Below are positions 11,215 through 24,997 of a stretch of DNA of 64,000 nt, piece after piece (position 1 is the stretch's first letter; the number at the start of each line of letters is the position of its first letter). The position numbers and the translations under genes are program-made. The DNA comes from Bispira polyomma (lineage: Eukaryota). The notes under the pieces were generated by a model. It saw only the letters and a program-made list of their open reading frames with translations, was not told the origin of the DNA and searched no databases. The stretch lies in assembly GCA_965649765.1 (NCBI GenBank), contig OZ287755.1:57164001-57228000 (forward strand). The letters run 5' to 3'.

Positions 11215-14200
11215 GCTTTTTAGAATAAATTTAAGATTAATAGGAATGAAAGGCCTCTCCAATGTAATCTTTACAGTGTCAAACCCAAATCTGGTTAAAA
11301 GAATATTTATTTTACGTTTCACTGTAAGGTAATTCAGATAGTTAAAATGAGCAGAAAATTTTAGACAAAGTTCATCATGTCCCATTACCTTATTATTAGA
11401 TATAACATCTGCGACTATAGTTACTGCTTTCCTGTACCAGTCAGGAAAGTACAGCAGTTCATCTGAGATGACAGGGTTATACCATAACAGACTTGTCATT
11501 AGATCATTTGAATTACAGATTTTTAGGTTGGATGACATAGAAATCCATCCCTCAAAGACATCCTGCCAAAAGGGATTTGACAGTTTTTCTTTGCAGCGTT
11601 TTTTCTTACCTAACCACACTACTTGTGTTTTTTCGGTATTTACCCGTAACCCTGATAATGATCCAAAAACCTCTAGAGTATTTAAAGCAGCCTGCAACGA
11701 TTGAGGTTCCATCTAATATCAATGTTGTGTCATCGGCAAACTGACTGAGCTTGATCTCTGTCTCACCACAAAAAATACCCTTAATATTTGTATTATTTAA
11801 CATAAGTAATGTCAATATCTGAGCAGCAAGAATAAATAGGTAAGGAGAGATCGGGTCACCCTGACTACAGCCACGTTCAATACTGATAAATTTGGATAAG
11901 AATCCACATTGGATTATAGTAACTTTGGTGTTTGTATTAAATAATTTTATCCAATTAATGAAAGACTGTCTAAATCCGAAAAATTCTAAAGTTTTATATA
12001 TAAAGGTCCATGAAAGAGAATCAAATGCTTTTTCAAAATCAATAAGAACTAACATTCCGGGAAGGTTACGTTTTTCAGTAAAATTCATTATGTCAAAAAC
12101 AAGTCGAGTGCACTCGCCAATATACCTTCCAGGAACAAAGCCATTTTGGGTTTTATCAATAAGATTATCAAGATGTGGCTTAAGTCTATTGGCTATTACA
12201 GCAGGTGCAAATTTGTAAAGTACTGATAACATTGACAAAGGACGCCAGTTCTTGATTATTTCACGGTTTTTCTCCTTCTTAGGTAAGCATGTTATTACAC
12301 ATTGTCGCAATGTCAGAGGTAGCTTTCCTTTCTCAATGCTATCATTTAATGCTTTTAAAATACAGGATTTTAAAGATTTCCAGAATACTTTGTAAAATTC
12401 AGATGGAAAACCATCGATTCCTGGAGTTTTATGATGTTTCATATGCTTAAGTGCATTCCCTAATTCATTTACTGTCAAGAGTCCTTCTAATGTATTAGCT
12501 TTGCTTATATTTAATTTATTGATCAAGTACTTTCCTAACATGTCGGTGAAATGATAATCCTGTAAATTTTGATCATTTGCTTTAAAAAGTGCTCTATAAT
12601 ACTGAGATACTGAGTCTAATATTTTATTTTGGGATGTTAAATAACTGCCATCTGGTGGTTTAAGGCGTTCAATAGTTTTGCTTAGGTAGTTTTTAGTTTC
12701 TAATGAACAAAAGTATTTTGATGGTTTTTCACCTTCAATATTCCACTGAGAGCGTGATCTAACCCATTGACCTTTCATTCTTTCACCTCTTATTTCTTCT
12801 AATTCCGACCTTTTGACTTCAAGTACATCAGATTCGTTTACATTTAATTCAAACTCCAATTTTTCAATTTCGGCTTTTAATAAAGTTTAATGTAATAAAT
12901 TAATATATATTTTCTTTTTTTTTTTTTAATATTACTTGCATATTTATCAGTCTCACCTCTTAATCTTAGTAGCATTGCTTCTAAGAAAATTTCGCTATCG
13001 ATTGTAAGGACTACATCTGGGAAAGAATCAACACATATATATCTTAAGTCATAAACTGGAATTGCATATTTGATATATTCATCCCTAATCGCCTCATTTA
13101 TTAAATTCAAATCTAGAAGATCATGTAAGTATCTTGTGTTGAATTTCCAGATTCCTTTTCCTATTTTAAATTTTGTCAAATTCAGCCTTAGATACAGAAA
13201 CGAATGATCAGATTTGTAGCTAGGTTTGATGTCTGTAGCATCAATAAGGTCAGATAAATTTTCAGAGGTCAGAATGCAATCCAAACGGGCCTGCTTAAGA
13301 CGATTACGCCGACGCCAAGTGTACCTTGTTTTATTTGGGTTTAAATATCTGTAAAGGTCTATCAATCCATATTCTTTAATAATACCAAGCACAATTAATC
13401 TTGCTCTAGGGTTGTTCAAATTTGAATAAGTATAACTGTCTAGGTTAGGATTCAGGGTTAAATTCAGATCACCACATATTACTAAATGATCCTGTTCATT
13501 GTCACGGACATTCCTTTTAACATTCTGATAAAAGTCAATGTCATCAGTGGTTTTTCCATATATATTTATAATTCTGAATTTTATGTCCTCGACTTCAAGA
13601 TCCATAACTAATAGATTACCATCATTTTTTTTCTGTTTTTGTAACCTTATTTTTACTAATAAGGATTGCTACCCCCCGCGCATTGCTATGGCGACAATTT
13701 AAATACACTTCCCCATCCCAGTAATTTTTGACAACACTTTCCATTAAGTCTATTAAATGGGTGTCCTGGAGACAGGCTATATTTATTCTAGCTTCTTTTA
13801 TATAATTTCAAATATCATATCATTTTTCTTTGTTATTCAAGCCCCGACAGTTTGCCGACAACAGAGATATTTGATTACCATTAATTAGATTCATAATCAG
13901 TTGTAAACTACTAAATGTATTCCTTTCTGTACGTTTAACCAAACCTGGGACAAATTGACATCTTAACGTTTGAGTGTAATAACTTACTTTACTTTCAGGT
14001 AAAGTCCTAACAGTGGCAACAAATTGACAACAAACATTTAGGTGCACATGAAATCCAAAAAATAAAATAAAAAAAAAAACATACCAAAAAAATAATATAA
14101 ACAGGCTAAAGAAAAATAAAAAAAAAAAAAAAAAAAAAAATCCCAAATTACACACCAAAAATAAAAAAATAAAATTACAAAATGGACAGAAACGTAAACG

Positions 14201-15465
14201 TTGCAGGAGTAAGTATATTTAATACTATTTACATAAAATTTTAACATGTACATTACTGATAATATGGTCACTCCTGAATCTTGATACTTCTAGATATCTT
14301 AACTGTTCTTGCGTTAAAGTAACTGTTCTTGCGTTAAAATAAAAAATTAAACAACAAACTTATGTTAAATTTGAATATACATCCCTGCATTATTAACAAC
14401 ATAAAGGATTTGTACCAGTCAACATTAGAATTGTTGACAATTTATCAGTGACATATATTAGTCTTCAGCAATTTACTGTTAATAAATAGCTGATATAAAA
14501 GACGTACGTTGTATTATTAATTCGCTACAATTATTATGTTATTTTTTAAATTAAGCAATGACATCACAAGGCTCTTGCTTGTTTGAACTATTTGTAAGTA
14601 AGGTGAAACAAGATTTTATCTTAGTTAAAACAGTTTATAACTGAATGATTGACATAATCAGAAGTTCTAAAATTGCTGACACACCTGCTCTTATTATTTA
14701 ATCTATTTTAATTTATTTTAACTATACTATTATAATGTCATTAAATAGTATGTATGTTGTCTTTGGTGTAAATCTTACCTCCAAATATGAACCTATCCAG
14801 TTGAAGTTTAGGTTTCGTTTTGGGGTGAAGCTCCCTGGCTTTGAAGAAAACTGGTAACAGTAGCCTTCTACTCTCTACAACTTTGATAGGTAAATCATCC
14901 TGCATTGTAACTGCTATTTACACTAACTTAAGCTTTAATTTTATCACAGTTTCTTTCTGTCTCCAACTAAGAAATCTAACTAGGATCACTTCCTTCTGCA
15001 TATGTTTGCTTCATGTAGTGAGCTCTTTCTATATCATTCAGATTGAGAGAAACCTTTTCAAAGTTTTGAATCAACGTCTGTTCAATACTCTGGCCTGGTG
15101 AAATATTAATCCTCATCAATCTCAAGTTATTTTTTCTTGAATAAGTTTCTTACTTAATGATCTTATCCTTAAGCTTGCGATATTCCTCATTTACTTTTGT
15201 CATTTCATTTTTTAAATATTGTAATTCCCGGTCTCGTGCAGAAATTTTATTCTCAAAGTCTGATATTTTTTTCAGTTCATCCAGTGCATAAGTTAAGCTG
15301 TGTTCAATCTTTTTAAGCCTTTTTCTCACTGGCTTTGATTTTTCATCCAACATTTTTGAAAATGTGGCCAACATGTCACCTTGTTTTGATCTTGTATTCA
15401 TTTTCCTTGTATAATTTAGGTATAGTTGCAAAACAAAATAATCATACACATTCACAACATTCACA
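11215..15465 (-). mobile_element. L1/Tx1-type LINE (ORF1 without NADAR, ORF2 EN-RT); degenerate, internally deleted and 3'-truncated
   Basis: ORF1 coiled coil 15400-15150, then SRKNNL, VILVRF..QDDLP..KLQLDRFIFGGKIYTKDNIHTI* at ~14745. T-rich spacer. ORF2 SANCRGL, LQDTH, GDLN, SDH, then RT with QGDPISP and QFADD. Stops after ERPFIPINL. Confidence 0.92.
11606..13895 (-). pseudogene. ORF2 (APE endonuclease and reverse transcriptase) of the 11.2-15.5 kb LINE
   Basis: ORFs 12877-13605 (EN) and 11606-12859 (RT: KTPGIDG, NWRPLSML, LIDFEKAFD, FADD), separated by frameshifts. Confidence 0.92.
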
Positions 15466-18400
15466 AAAAACTGTTCTTGATGTCCATGCAGTTAACTGTG
15501 GGTGCTGTATTTTAATGTTTATTTAATTTCTGCAAAGAAAGACCAGAAATCTAAGTTGGAAATTCAAAAAATACATCATAAAAGAAAATAAATAAACTTA
15601 AACAAAAGCTGTAGCACATGATGTTTAGTATAATGTGATGACATTGGTGGATGTATATTTTATCACCCATCAGACACGTTTTCATAACAGGATGCATCAG
15701 TGAGATATAAAGAAAGGAAGTTACTGATATGCTAAATGACAATTTGCGGCTGATAAACCATTGTTTGTATTAGTTAAAGATCTTAAACTTCAACTTACAA
15801 GAATTTTAAAATATGTCCTTCTGTGTCTTTGAGCTAATGAATTTGGATAGTGAAAAAATATTCCCAGTAAAAATTTATAGTTCTATTTATCTTGTTAATA
15901 AAACTTGGCCAGCAGTGAATATTAATTGCAGTGAATTTTTTTTAAAACATTTACATGATTGCAATATCTCCCAGCTTAAGTTTTAGCTCATACACTATTT
16001 AAAATCTGACTATATATTCAGATTCCTAGCTGAATTGTAACATCTTTAGGTTATTGTCATTTATACCGTTATTTTTATATGTGGTGTTTGAGTTTAAGTT
16101 CTAGTTTAAGGGTTAAGTTGTTTTGTAAATACAGCCCCATATTAGAGCCACTTAGTCTGGTAGTTTGCTATTTTAATCACTGATGACTTGCCATTTTTAA
16201 TAAGATAATAGTACCCGTTATGATTAACTTTCTATGTAACTTAAAAAACATCAAGCCAAAAAATTCTATTTTTTTAATGACAAATGCATAAAATAAGTGT
16301 AAAAAGAAAATATTTATAATTTTTCTTGATGTTTTGTATTTATGTTTTAGTTATTTATGTAATAAAAATACTAGGGCGTTGCTGGTGTAAGGGAGACACT
16401 CCAAGCTGGTAGTAGACTTTCTGAAGGCAGTGCAGAACATTTGGACCTTGGTTGTGTGGACTTTCGTAATGCTCGTTACTCCCACCTTTGGAGTTGGGGG
16501 TTGATTCTCTGGTTACATCATGTATGGAAGCACATGAGCCACTACCCAGTTCTCCTTTCTCCCACCAGTAAACCACAAATCAATGTATAATACTCATATG
16601 TCGTGGAAAGTGACAGTTATTACATATATCTTGTGGGAGACACTTTTTGGTTGATGACATTAGCCTCAGCTTAGGGCCGCCATGTTGTATGACGTCTCTA
16701 AGATAAACCATTTAGGGAGTGTAGATTTATTCATAATATTTATAAAAACATATTTCTAGTTTTATCGTAGTTAATGTTATATTTGACTCATATTTATGAT
16801 TAATATATTTTTCCCATATAGGTATACTGATAGAAGTTTATCTCATAAGCAAAATGAAAGAATTAATGGCTGTAGAAAAACAATATTTTATGTTGAAAAT
16901 GCTAACATACCTTTTTTTACTTCTAGGATTATCCTGTCTAGTAACACGTCATAGCTGACCTAATTAGAAGGTCCAATCTCTATGCATAATGGTTACTTCT
17001 AAAACCTAAAGTGTCACTCGGAACCGGAATAGACCCTCAAAAAGTGTTTGTAACGCCTGGATGGTGAATTCTATCAAAATTCATGGAATATTAACTGAGC
17101 TATGTTAAAATTGTCCATGAATGCCCTGTTGGTACAATCTGCTTTCTTTTATATTTTTCGAAGTATTTTACAATAGAGGATAATTAAAATAGTTATAATA
17201 GACTTTAACCTCACTCTAACCTGCTTTTTAAAATGTTATTTTTGTTTTCTCCTAATTAATCATTGACTGCACTCAAGTTCTATAAAATCTTTTAATTATG
17301 CCACTATAATGTTTTATAAAATTAACCACAGGGCTACTAATTAGGTGCTATTAGGAGTGGGCCTATGTATTTATGTTAAGAAGCGTTTGATTACATAAAA
17401 GCACAATGAAACGTGACTTGAAATTCAAACCATGTGTACATAAAACACACAAACTGGAGGTAGTTTTGTAGCATAGAGTTCAAGGATTATACTTAACAAA
17501 TGGGTGTTGTATATCTTCAGCACGGAGCAGCTAATACGTTTATTTCACTGGTGGTTTTCTTTCACCACTCTTGTATCAAACAGTGGCTATTTCTTTTATC
17601 CTCTAAATGATGACATGAGTCACACTTTTAACACGACTGTAGGAAAGACTGTTGTAAACGTTATTCAATTAAAGAAGTCAAACTCTGTATTTAGCAAAGC
17701 AGTTTAGTGTAAATCTCATACCAGTGGAAACAATGATCTTACATTAGATAAAACCAATGGTATATGGCTATACTGAGTATTTGACAAGGATACAATTTAT
17801 ACTTCATAATAGTATCTGTTCTCCATCCTTTTATTACATGACAGAAAAAAACAACAATCTTCAATCATAAACATTGTATAATGATGTGCAGAACCTACTA
17901 GTCAAACTAAAGTTGATGACAGTTAAGATAATTAGTCAACTACAACTCTCGAGTAATATTTCAATAGGTAAATTTTTTTTTTTCAAGTTATAATTGTTAT
18001 CTTACAATACTAATACAACAAATCTCGTGTCCACGATTTTTGTTGGTTTTAAAGTGTGGCAATGTGTAGGAATGGTCAATACTCTATCAATACAAAGTGT
18101 CTGTCGCAGGTGGAATTTAAAAAGCTGATAGTGGGGTGGATGACTAGGTTTTTTTTGTCATGGGGTCCTATCCCCAGTTTTAGAAACCTCTGTCATGTGT
18201 CAGGTAATCTGTAGGTGGACTGTGAGTTACCAACACAGATTGACTGTACTTGTACAGTGAAGAAAGATTTACTGAGTACTTCAGGCAGATAAAATGAGAA
18301 TTTGGACTTGAACAAAAAAGGTAAAAGCAAAATAATACTGCACTGATACTTTCTTAGGGCAAAAACAGTAATTATCGAAACATAGACTGTTAAAGATATA

Positions 18401-20105
18401 GTCATTTAAAGGTATAGAAACTTGTGGCAGAATAGGTTACTTTGGGAACCTTGGTAAATGTTCATCATAAAACCACTTTAGTCCAGAGGTTGTTGGTGAT
18501 TGTACTTGTGTAGACAAGACAAAGTTAATTAGTATATGGAGATACTGTGGTGAATAGAAAATAATAATAATACAGTTTTAAGTAAGTAGCTTTATGAAAT
18601 TAGATATCTTAACAAATATGATAAAAAATCGTTTTCGTTCTTAACTGACATTTAACAAAGTCCCTAAGGATATTCTTATCTTCCATAACAACATATTTTT
18701 AAATTTTCTGTATTTCCTGTTTTACAATATCTGTGTAATACAGATCTCGAAGGAGCTCCAGTACCCAGGTTCCCTTATTTGAGAGTTTAAAATGTCAATA
18801 TTTCAATTGATTAAGCTGTGGTCTGACCTATTACCGAACTTGATTTTACAGATCAACCAATAATCCAGTCTTGATTGAACTGAACCTCCTCTACATTTTT
18901 CAAGTCGTATGAACTGCATTTCATCTTGATTTCGTTACCACCATATATTTACTATGTATAATTCATCCATTAGCCTTTGGAGCTGTTTCATATTTTGAGA
19001 AGTGGTTACTTTCATTCCGCCTTTCTTGTCTAATTTGTTATTCAACTGAGTATTGAAATCACCTCCTATAATCAAAATACTTGCACTATAATTTTCAAAA
19101 ATTTTCTGAAATCCTGTCATAAAGTTGATTTGATCTTTTGAACAATCCTTTGTATGTGCATAAATGTTCACTGGAATGAGTGGTGTGTTTTCTATTTCAC
19201 AGGAAACCAGTAGTATTCTGTCTTCAAGATCTTTTGCTTCTGTTATTAATTTAAAATCAAAGTTGAAGTTTTCTTGAATTAATAAAGCTACCCCCTTACT
19301 CTGAGTTGACCCATTTAAAAATAAAAGTTAACTTCATCTTCAAGAGAACTATGAGTTTCCTGTAAAAATGTAATACCTACGTGTGACCCTTTCAGCCAGA
19401 CAAAAAATGTTTTCCCTTTTCTTTTTATCCCGTAGCCCCCTGCAGATGAAGGAGTTAATAGTAACAATTTTATGAGCCATTTATACTTTATCCTAGCTAA
19501 CAAGATAAGACTTTCTATTTTCCTTATGTAGCAAGCTTCATACATCTGTTTAATCTCATTGAGAAATAACACAGAACAGTGCTGTACATCATACAAAAGT
19601 TTTAGGAATTTATACATTAGTTGATATACATAAAAAAAGACTCGGCAGATGCAGTATGATAACATAACAAGTTTGTAAATGTTGAATACACTAATATATT
19701 CTGACAAAAATTATGAATATGATTTTTAGCTAGATTCCTAGATGTTATCTGGATAGCTGGAGAGTTGGAAGTCTAAATAATAATGTTTAGACCTATAGTC
19801 TTTTCAGATCCTAGAGCAGCTTGGAATAGTATATTTTTACAATGGATCATAACAATTTATTTTTTATTAATTTACAACTCCTTAGTATGCTCTTTTATTT
19901 TTCTAGTAACACACTTTTCAAATATGGGGCTAGTATACATATTACTGCTGTCCAATATGTTGGGATCAGATAATGACAGACCACAGGAGAGGAATTTGTC
20001 TCTTTTGTTAACTTCAACGGCTTGCCAACAGCTTGTCTTTCAGTTACATTTGTGTAAACTTGAGATAAGAAGCCTTTTCCATCACTGATTTTACACGTTT
20101 TTCCC

Positions 20106-20720
20106 ACAGTGCCCCGGGGTACCAAAGATATGAATTAAGTTATATGGACATAACAATTAAAGTGTAACACCATAAAAGACTTGCGGTCAAATTTATTTAG
20201 GTCTACGGTTTTTTATATAGTTTCGGCCAATAAGGAGGGGGGCGTAAGGTCACCTTAAAGTCTGCTAGCTTGAACGAAGGTGTGTAAGGTCACCCTAAAC
20301 CAAAGAAGAATGAGGGTGCCGTATGGTCACCTTAACTTTAAGTTTAAGAATTGCTAAAGGTGCCATGAGGTCACCTTAAATTAATTACTAAGAGTTGAGG
20401 TCAGACAACGCTGACCTTAAATTAGTTTGAATGTTGAAATAAAGGTCAGACAATGCTGACCTTAAGTTTTAGTTAGGTAGGTCTCCTGTAAGGTGACCCT
20501 ACCTTGAGTTTGAGATAATTGTAGATTTTGAGGGTATACCATAAAGTATGTAATAAGTTCAAGCTAGACTAAGACTGTAAAAGAGTGCATTATGCACCCA
20601 GCAGTTAGGTTGACCTTATGCCCCCGGACAGTCATTGCTCTGCACTGTCCACATTTAGACTTTATTATGTATTAATACATATTTTATTATATTTACAGCT
20701 GAGACATAAAGAGCAGTCCA
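20106..20720 (-). repeat. B2 direct repeat of element 2 (copy of B1, 21530-22166)
   Basis: Near-identical ~615/637-bp copies; B1 has a small extra insertion near 21965. Confidence 0.95.
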
Positions 20721-21365
20721 GTCCACTAACAAATGTAGAGAATAAAATATTTAAAGAGTTCTTGACGTAAAGTTCATAAAATACTAGAAGAATAAAAGCA
20801 CATCAAGGAGACTTCCTGTTACTAGCGAGGTAACTGATTTTCGCAGTGACGCCGTCACTCCACTGCATCATAGTTCATGTTATAAGGCAAAGCCAGGTGA
20901 ATGGTATTAACGGCCATTCTCAAAGTTCACTAACCAGCAAAACTCACACTAGCTCGCAGCAACTGTCCTACATGCCGAGCAATACGGCCCCTTACCTAGT
21001 TACACAAATCTCACGTGAGAAGCTGGTACAAACATGAAAACATAAATTAAACACAGATTTTAGAGCAAGGCTCTTCCATCCACTCTAACATAGCAAGACA
21101 TCCAGATGTAAAAACCATCCCAGAACGACCAGCCCAGACGGTCTAAAGTTCTCAAGGTCGCAACACTGGCCTGCTGGTGAACGTTCGCAGAACGACATGC
21201 ATAACCGGCAAAGCCATCTGGGGAAAGGACGTCAAGCAACGAGGATCCAGATAACATTAGCAGGATCATCATGGAGATGGAAGCGCCAAGTGACAACATT
21301 GTACTATTCCTCCAGATAACTCCTGAAACTAAGAAAACATGATTAACAAGGGAGCGGAGGGTGGG

Positions 21366-21531
21366 TGTTACAAAATAATGTTCCGTGGTCGGCTGTAGTT
21401 TTCAAAAGGAAGTTATATTCAGACCGCACAGCTTTATATAGGGAGAGCCGCAGTCAGTGAAGCGTTTACAAAAACAAATAGACTGTTACCCCAGCACTGA
21501 AAGCACCAATGCTGGGGGCGCTGCCTTATAC
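21366..21531 (-). repeat. A2 direct repeat of element 2 (copy of A1, 26783-26948)
   Basis: 166-bp near-identical copies containing a CCCCAGC..GCTGGGG hairpin and a TATA-like TATATAAAG. Confidence 0.95.
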
Positions 21532-22184
21532 AGTGCCCCGGGGCACCAAAGATATGAATTAAGTTATATGGACTTAACAATTAAAGTGTAACACCATAAA
21601 AGACTTGCGGTCAAATTTATTTAGGTCTACGTTTTTTTATATACAGTTTCGGCCAATAAGGAGGGGGGTGTAAGGTCACCTCAAAGTCTGCTAGCTTGAA
21701 CGAAGGTGTTTAAGATCACCCTAAACCAAAGAAGAATGAGGGTGCCGTATGGTCACCTTAACTTTAAGTTTAAGAATTACTAAAGGTGCCATGAGGTCAC
21801 CTTAAATTAATTACTAAGAGTTGAGGTCAGACAACGCTGACCTTAAATTAGTTTGAATGTTGAAATAGAGGTCAGACAATGCTGACCTTAAGTTTTAGTT
21901 AGGTAGGTCTCCTGTAAGGTGACCCTACCTTGAGTTTGAGATAATTGTAGATTTTGAGGGTATGCCACTTGAGTTTCAGATGGCATACCATAAAGTATGT
22001 AATAAGTTCAAGCTAGACTAAGACTGTAAAAGAGTGCATTATGCACCCAGCAGTTAGGTTGACCTTATGCCCCCGGACAGTCATTGCTCTGCACTGTCCA
22101 CATTTAGTTATGGATTAATATATTATATTTTATTATATTTACAGCTCAGACATAAAGAGCAGTCCACCAAACCCAAGACCCTAG

Positions 22185-22521
22185 GAGTAGTGCTGAAAGG
22201 GCCGACCTGAAGGAGTCCGCAACCTGAGAGCCAGCCTGAGCCGAATCAGTTATATACCTCCACACACAATCTGATGTCCAGGTGCCATGTCGTTGAATGT
22301 CCTGTATGTTGACACTATTGTTAAAGGCAAATGTGGCACCCGAACGTCGGAAAGCATGGAAAGTAAGATTGGTCTGCCGGCAACCCGCAAGCTGCAAGAC
22401 ATTCTTCAGGTGACGCCTTACACAGGTGTCAGTCAACGCCTCCTGGCAGTTGAGGCAGCAAACGCAAAATGCAGCCGTTTGCAAGCCCGACCCGTCAGTA
22501 GTGATACCACTGGATGCATAC
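22185..22521 (-). pseudogene. Internally deleted tyrosine recombinase of element 2
   Basis: N-terminal MHPVVSLLTGRACKRLHFAFAASTAR is joined directly to LTDTCVRRHLK..HAFRRSGAT..HGTWTSDCVWRY. About 600 bp present in element 1 (~9630-10235) is missing. Confidence 0.9.
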
Positions 22522-22555
22522 CTGGAATCACACAAATATAGACATGTAATTAGTA

Positions 22556-24997
22556 TTATATTGTGGTATCAACTTGCAGCAGGGTGGCATCTGCTCGTAA
22601 CCATTTAACTGGGCCTGCCAATTCTACCAATAGTTGCTCATTGTTGGTGGTTTTATGCCAACGTGACAACAAATCTGCAATTTTGTTTTTTACACCCATA
22701 ATATGAATAACCCTGTTTCTATGTCAAATCTGCTGGCCCACATGTAAATATTACAGGTATAACAGGCCAAAACTGGATCCTGTGTCCGACCACTTCCTAA
22801 GACACTGACCACCGCCTGGTTGTCGCCCTTAAACAACACTTTTTTACCTTGCCAAACACTGGACCACAATTTGAGGGCTACAAGGATGTTAATCATCTCT
22901 AGTTCCGCAATATTATCCTGAGTCATATTCCAGGGAATATCTAGTTTATACATTTCATTCCCACAGATGCCCCCCATGCCAGTTAGACAGGCATCTAGTT
23001 CAACCTGAGCATGTACGGGTGTATACAAGAAAAAACTCACCCCGTGATACTGTTTAACAAATTTAGTGAACCAATTAAGGTCCTGCTTAAAGTCACTAGT
23101 GACACAAAAGGTTACTTTGCCATTGTTATTACGCAGTAATTGCAACATTCTGTTGAGAAATACTCTAGCATACTTGATGCATTTAGCTATATATAAGAGT
23201 GAACCTAGTAATGACTGCAATTCTTTCTTAGTACAGTGAGTTTTGTCTTGCCAGGATACACATTTTTCTCTGATTTCACACAATTTTTCATCAGGTATTG
23301 AGTTAGTAAATTTCTCATTGTCAATAAGGATGTCCAGACACACTACCTGTGTGCTGGGAGCCACCAAGTTTTTACTGCTAACGGTGAGACCGAGTTCATG
23401 CAGTAAAGCCTGCAACCAGTTATAGCTAGAGAAAATTTTACTGGGCAAATTAACCGCAAGAAAATCATCAATGTAACTGTGGATATTATCGTCAGAAAAT
23501 CTTTGAAAAATTGTTGATCCATTCTGGTAGCCGAAGGGTAGGCACTTATCTACATAAAACCCTTCCATTTTAAACCAAACAGATTAATGTCACTGGGTCA
23601 ATAGGGACGTGCCGGAATGCCCGACGTACGTCTACCTTATAGATATGGCAACCTCTGCCCAACTTAGTGACCTCACTGGTAATGTCATCAATGGAAGGAT
23701 ACGAGAGGAGAAATTCTGTATTTAAATAAGAAGTGGGAGAAACCCCCGCATTAACAGATTGGCCATGTGGCCAACTCAAGTCAACTATTACACGCCTATT
23801 GGCCGAGCTCGATTTATTCCGAGTCATCATTGGCGAGCAATGTAAGTTTCTGATTGGGGGGGTATTAAAAGGCCCTAAAATGGCACCAAATTGACATTCC
23901 TCATTTAAATACGTTTCGACATGTTCAGGAAAACAATTAGCTGAACTGTGGTTAGCATTCTGTGACTGACTTATGTTATCGCGACACACATCCAAAGGGA
24001 AGCCATATTTTACCAACAAGGGAAGCTGCCAGTCCCAGTACTGGTGGAGATATTTTTCCCACTTATCAGCATTCAGTTGTGACTCGACAGCCAACTGAAG
24101 TCCCTGAAAGTTATGTCTATCATCTTTCCGTAGTTTGTTGTGCATTTCGAAAACGCTAAGTCCATGGTTATTACCCACATCCCAGATTTGCACCCAAGTG
24201 TGGACAAAGGTGCAAAGCCATATTCAACTGCAGTTTGAGTTTTCCATTGAATGTGTGTAGCGTCTGAGCGAGCCTTAACCAACAACTCTCGTTTGTTGCG
24301 TTTTTGCTTCAACTCAAGGGAATATTTGTCCCCACAGTCCTTGGTGACACCCGAGTTACATTATTTACATTCGCTTTATGCGACGTAGAGCCAACCTTGG
24401 CTTTTTGCTTATTTACAATATTAACACTGTTTGTTTCCCCTTTTTCCTCCCCATTGCTGCCGGGTTCAACAATGGTTTGGCTGAGGGGGAGAAATCTGTT
24501 GTGTGATACAAGTTCACCCCCACCTCTAGTGTGGGTTTATATTGGGTGACCCTTTTATTCACACCAGTATGGGGGGCCCTTTGTCTCGACTCACTACATT
24601 CATCTTTGTTCCGCGTGGCCGAGACAAAGGGGGCGACCCCATCCATCCGAACGTTCACACCCTTAGTGCCTTCAATGCTGACATTTTTACATTTTTTGAT
24701 ACTCTTAATTGGTTTGAACTTCAGTACATTTTTGACAAATTTTGTAGTGCATTGAGGAACCTTGGTGTTACTTTCTGCGACTTGTTTAGCAATATTGTCA
24801 TTGTAAAACATTTTACTTCCTGCCGAAACAGCATTACTGTATGTACAGCAAGCCTTTGTGCCCCTATTATACATGAGCATTCTATTTACAACAGGTTTAC
24901 CAAACAAATGCTGTTCCTGAAATTTGGAATTATAAATAACTCTGTCCGAATATTTCAACGCAGTGGGCCTTAGTTTTTTAAACCCTTTTTGGTACAC
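22556..24997 (-). pseudogene. Pol (N-terminal extension, RT, RNase H) of element 2
   Basis: KVDVRRAFRHVP, LPFGYQNGSTIFQR, YIDD, LDACLTGMGG, DNQAVV, ADLLSRW; ends LQVDTTI* at 22556. Several frameshifts. Confidence 0.92.

Noticed and set aside
13820-14271. Hydrophobic Phe-rich ORFs
   Set aside because: Artefacts of poly(T) tracts in the LINE inter-ORF spacer; only the end of 13820-14158 is the ORF2 start.
16670-16700. YY1/CRE-like motifs (GCCGCCATGTTG, TGACGTC) as a promoter
   Set aside because: No supportable downstream gene; the ATG frame closes after five codons.
17504-18405. Short ORFs repeated at 35153, 35850 and 37942 as a gene family
   Set aside because: Similarity is explained by DNA duplication; frames differ between copies and no domain is recognisable.
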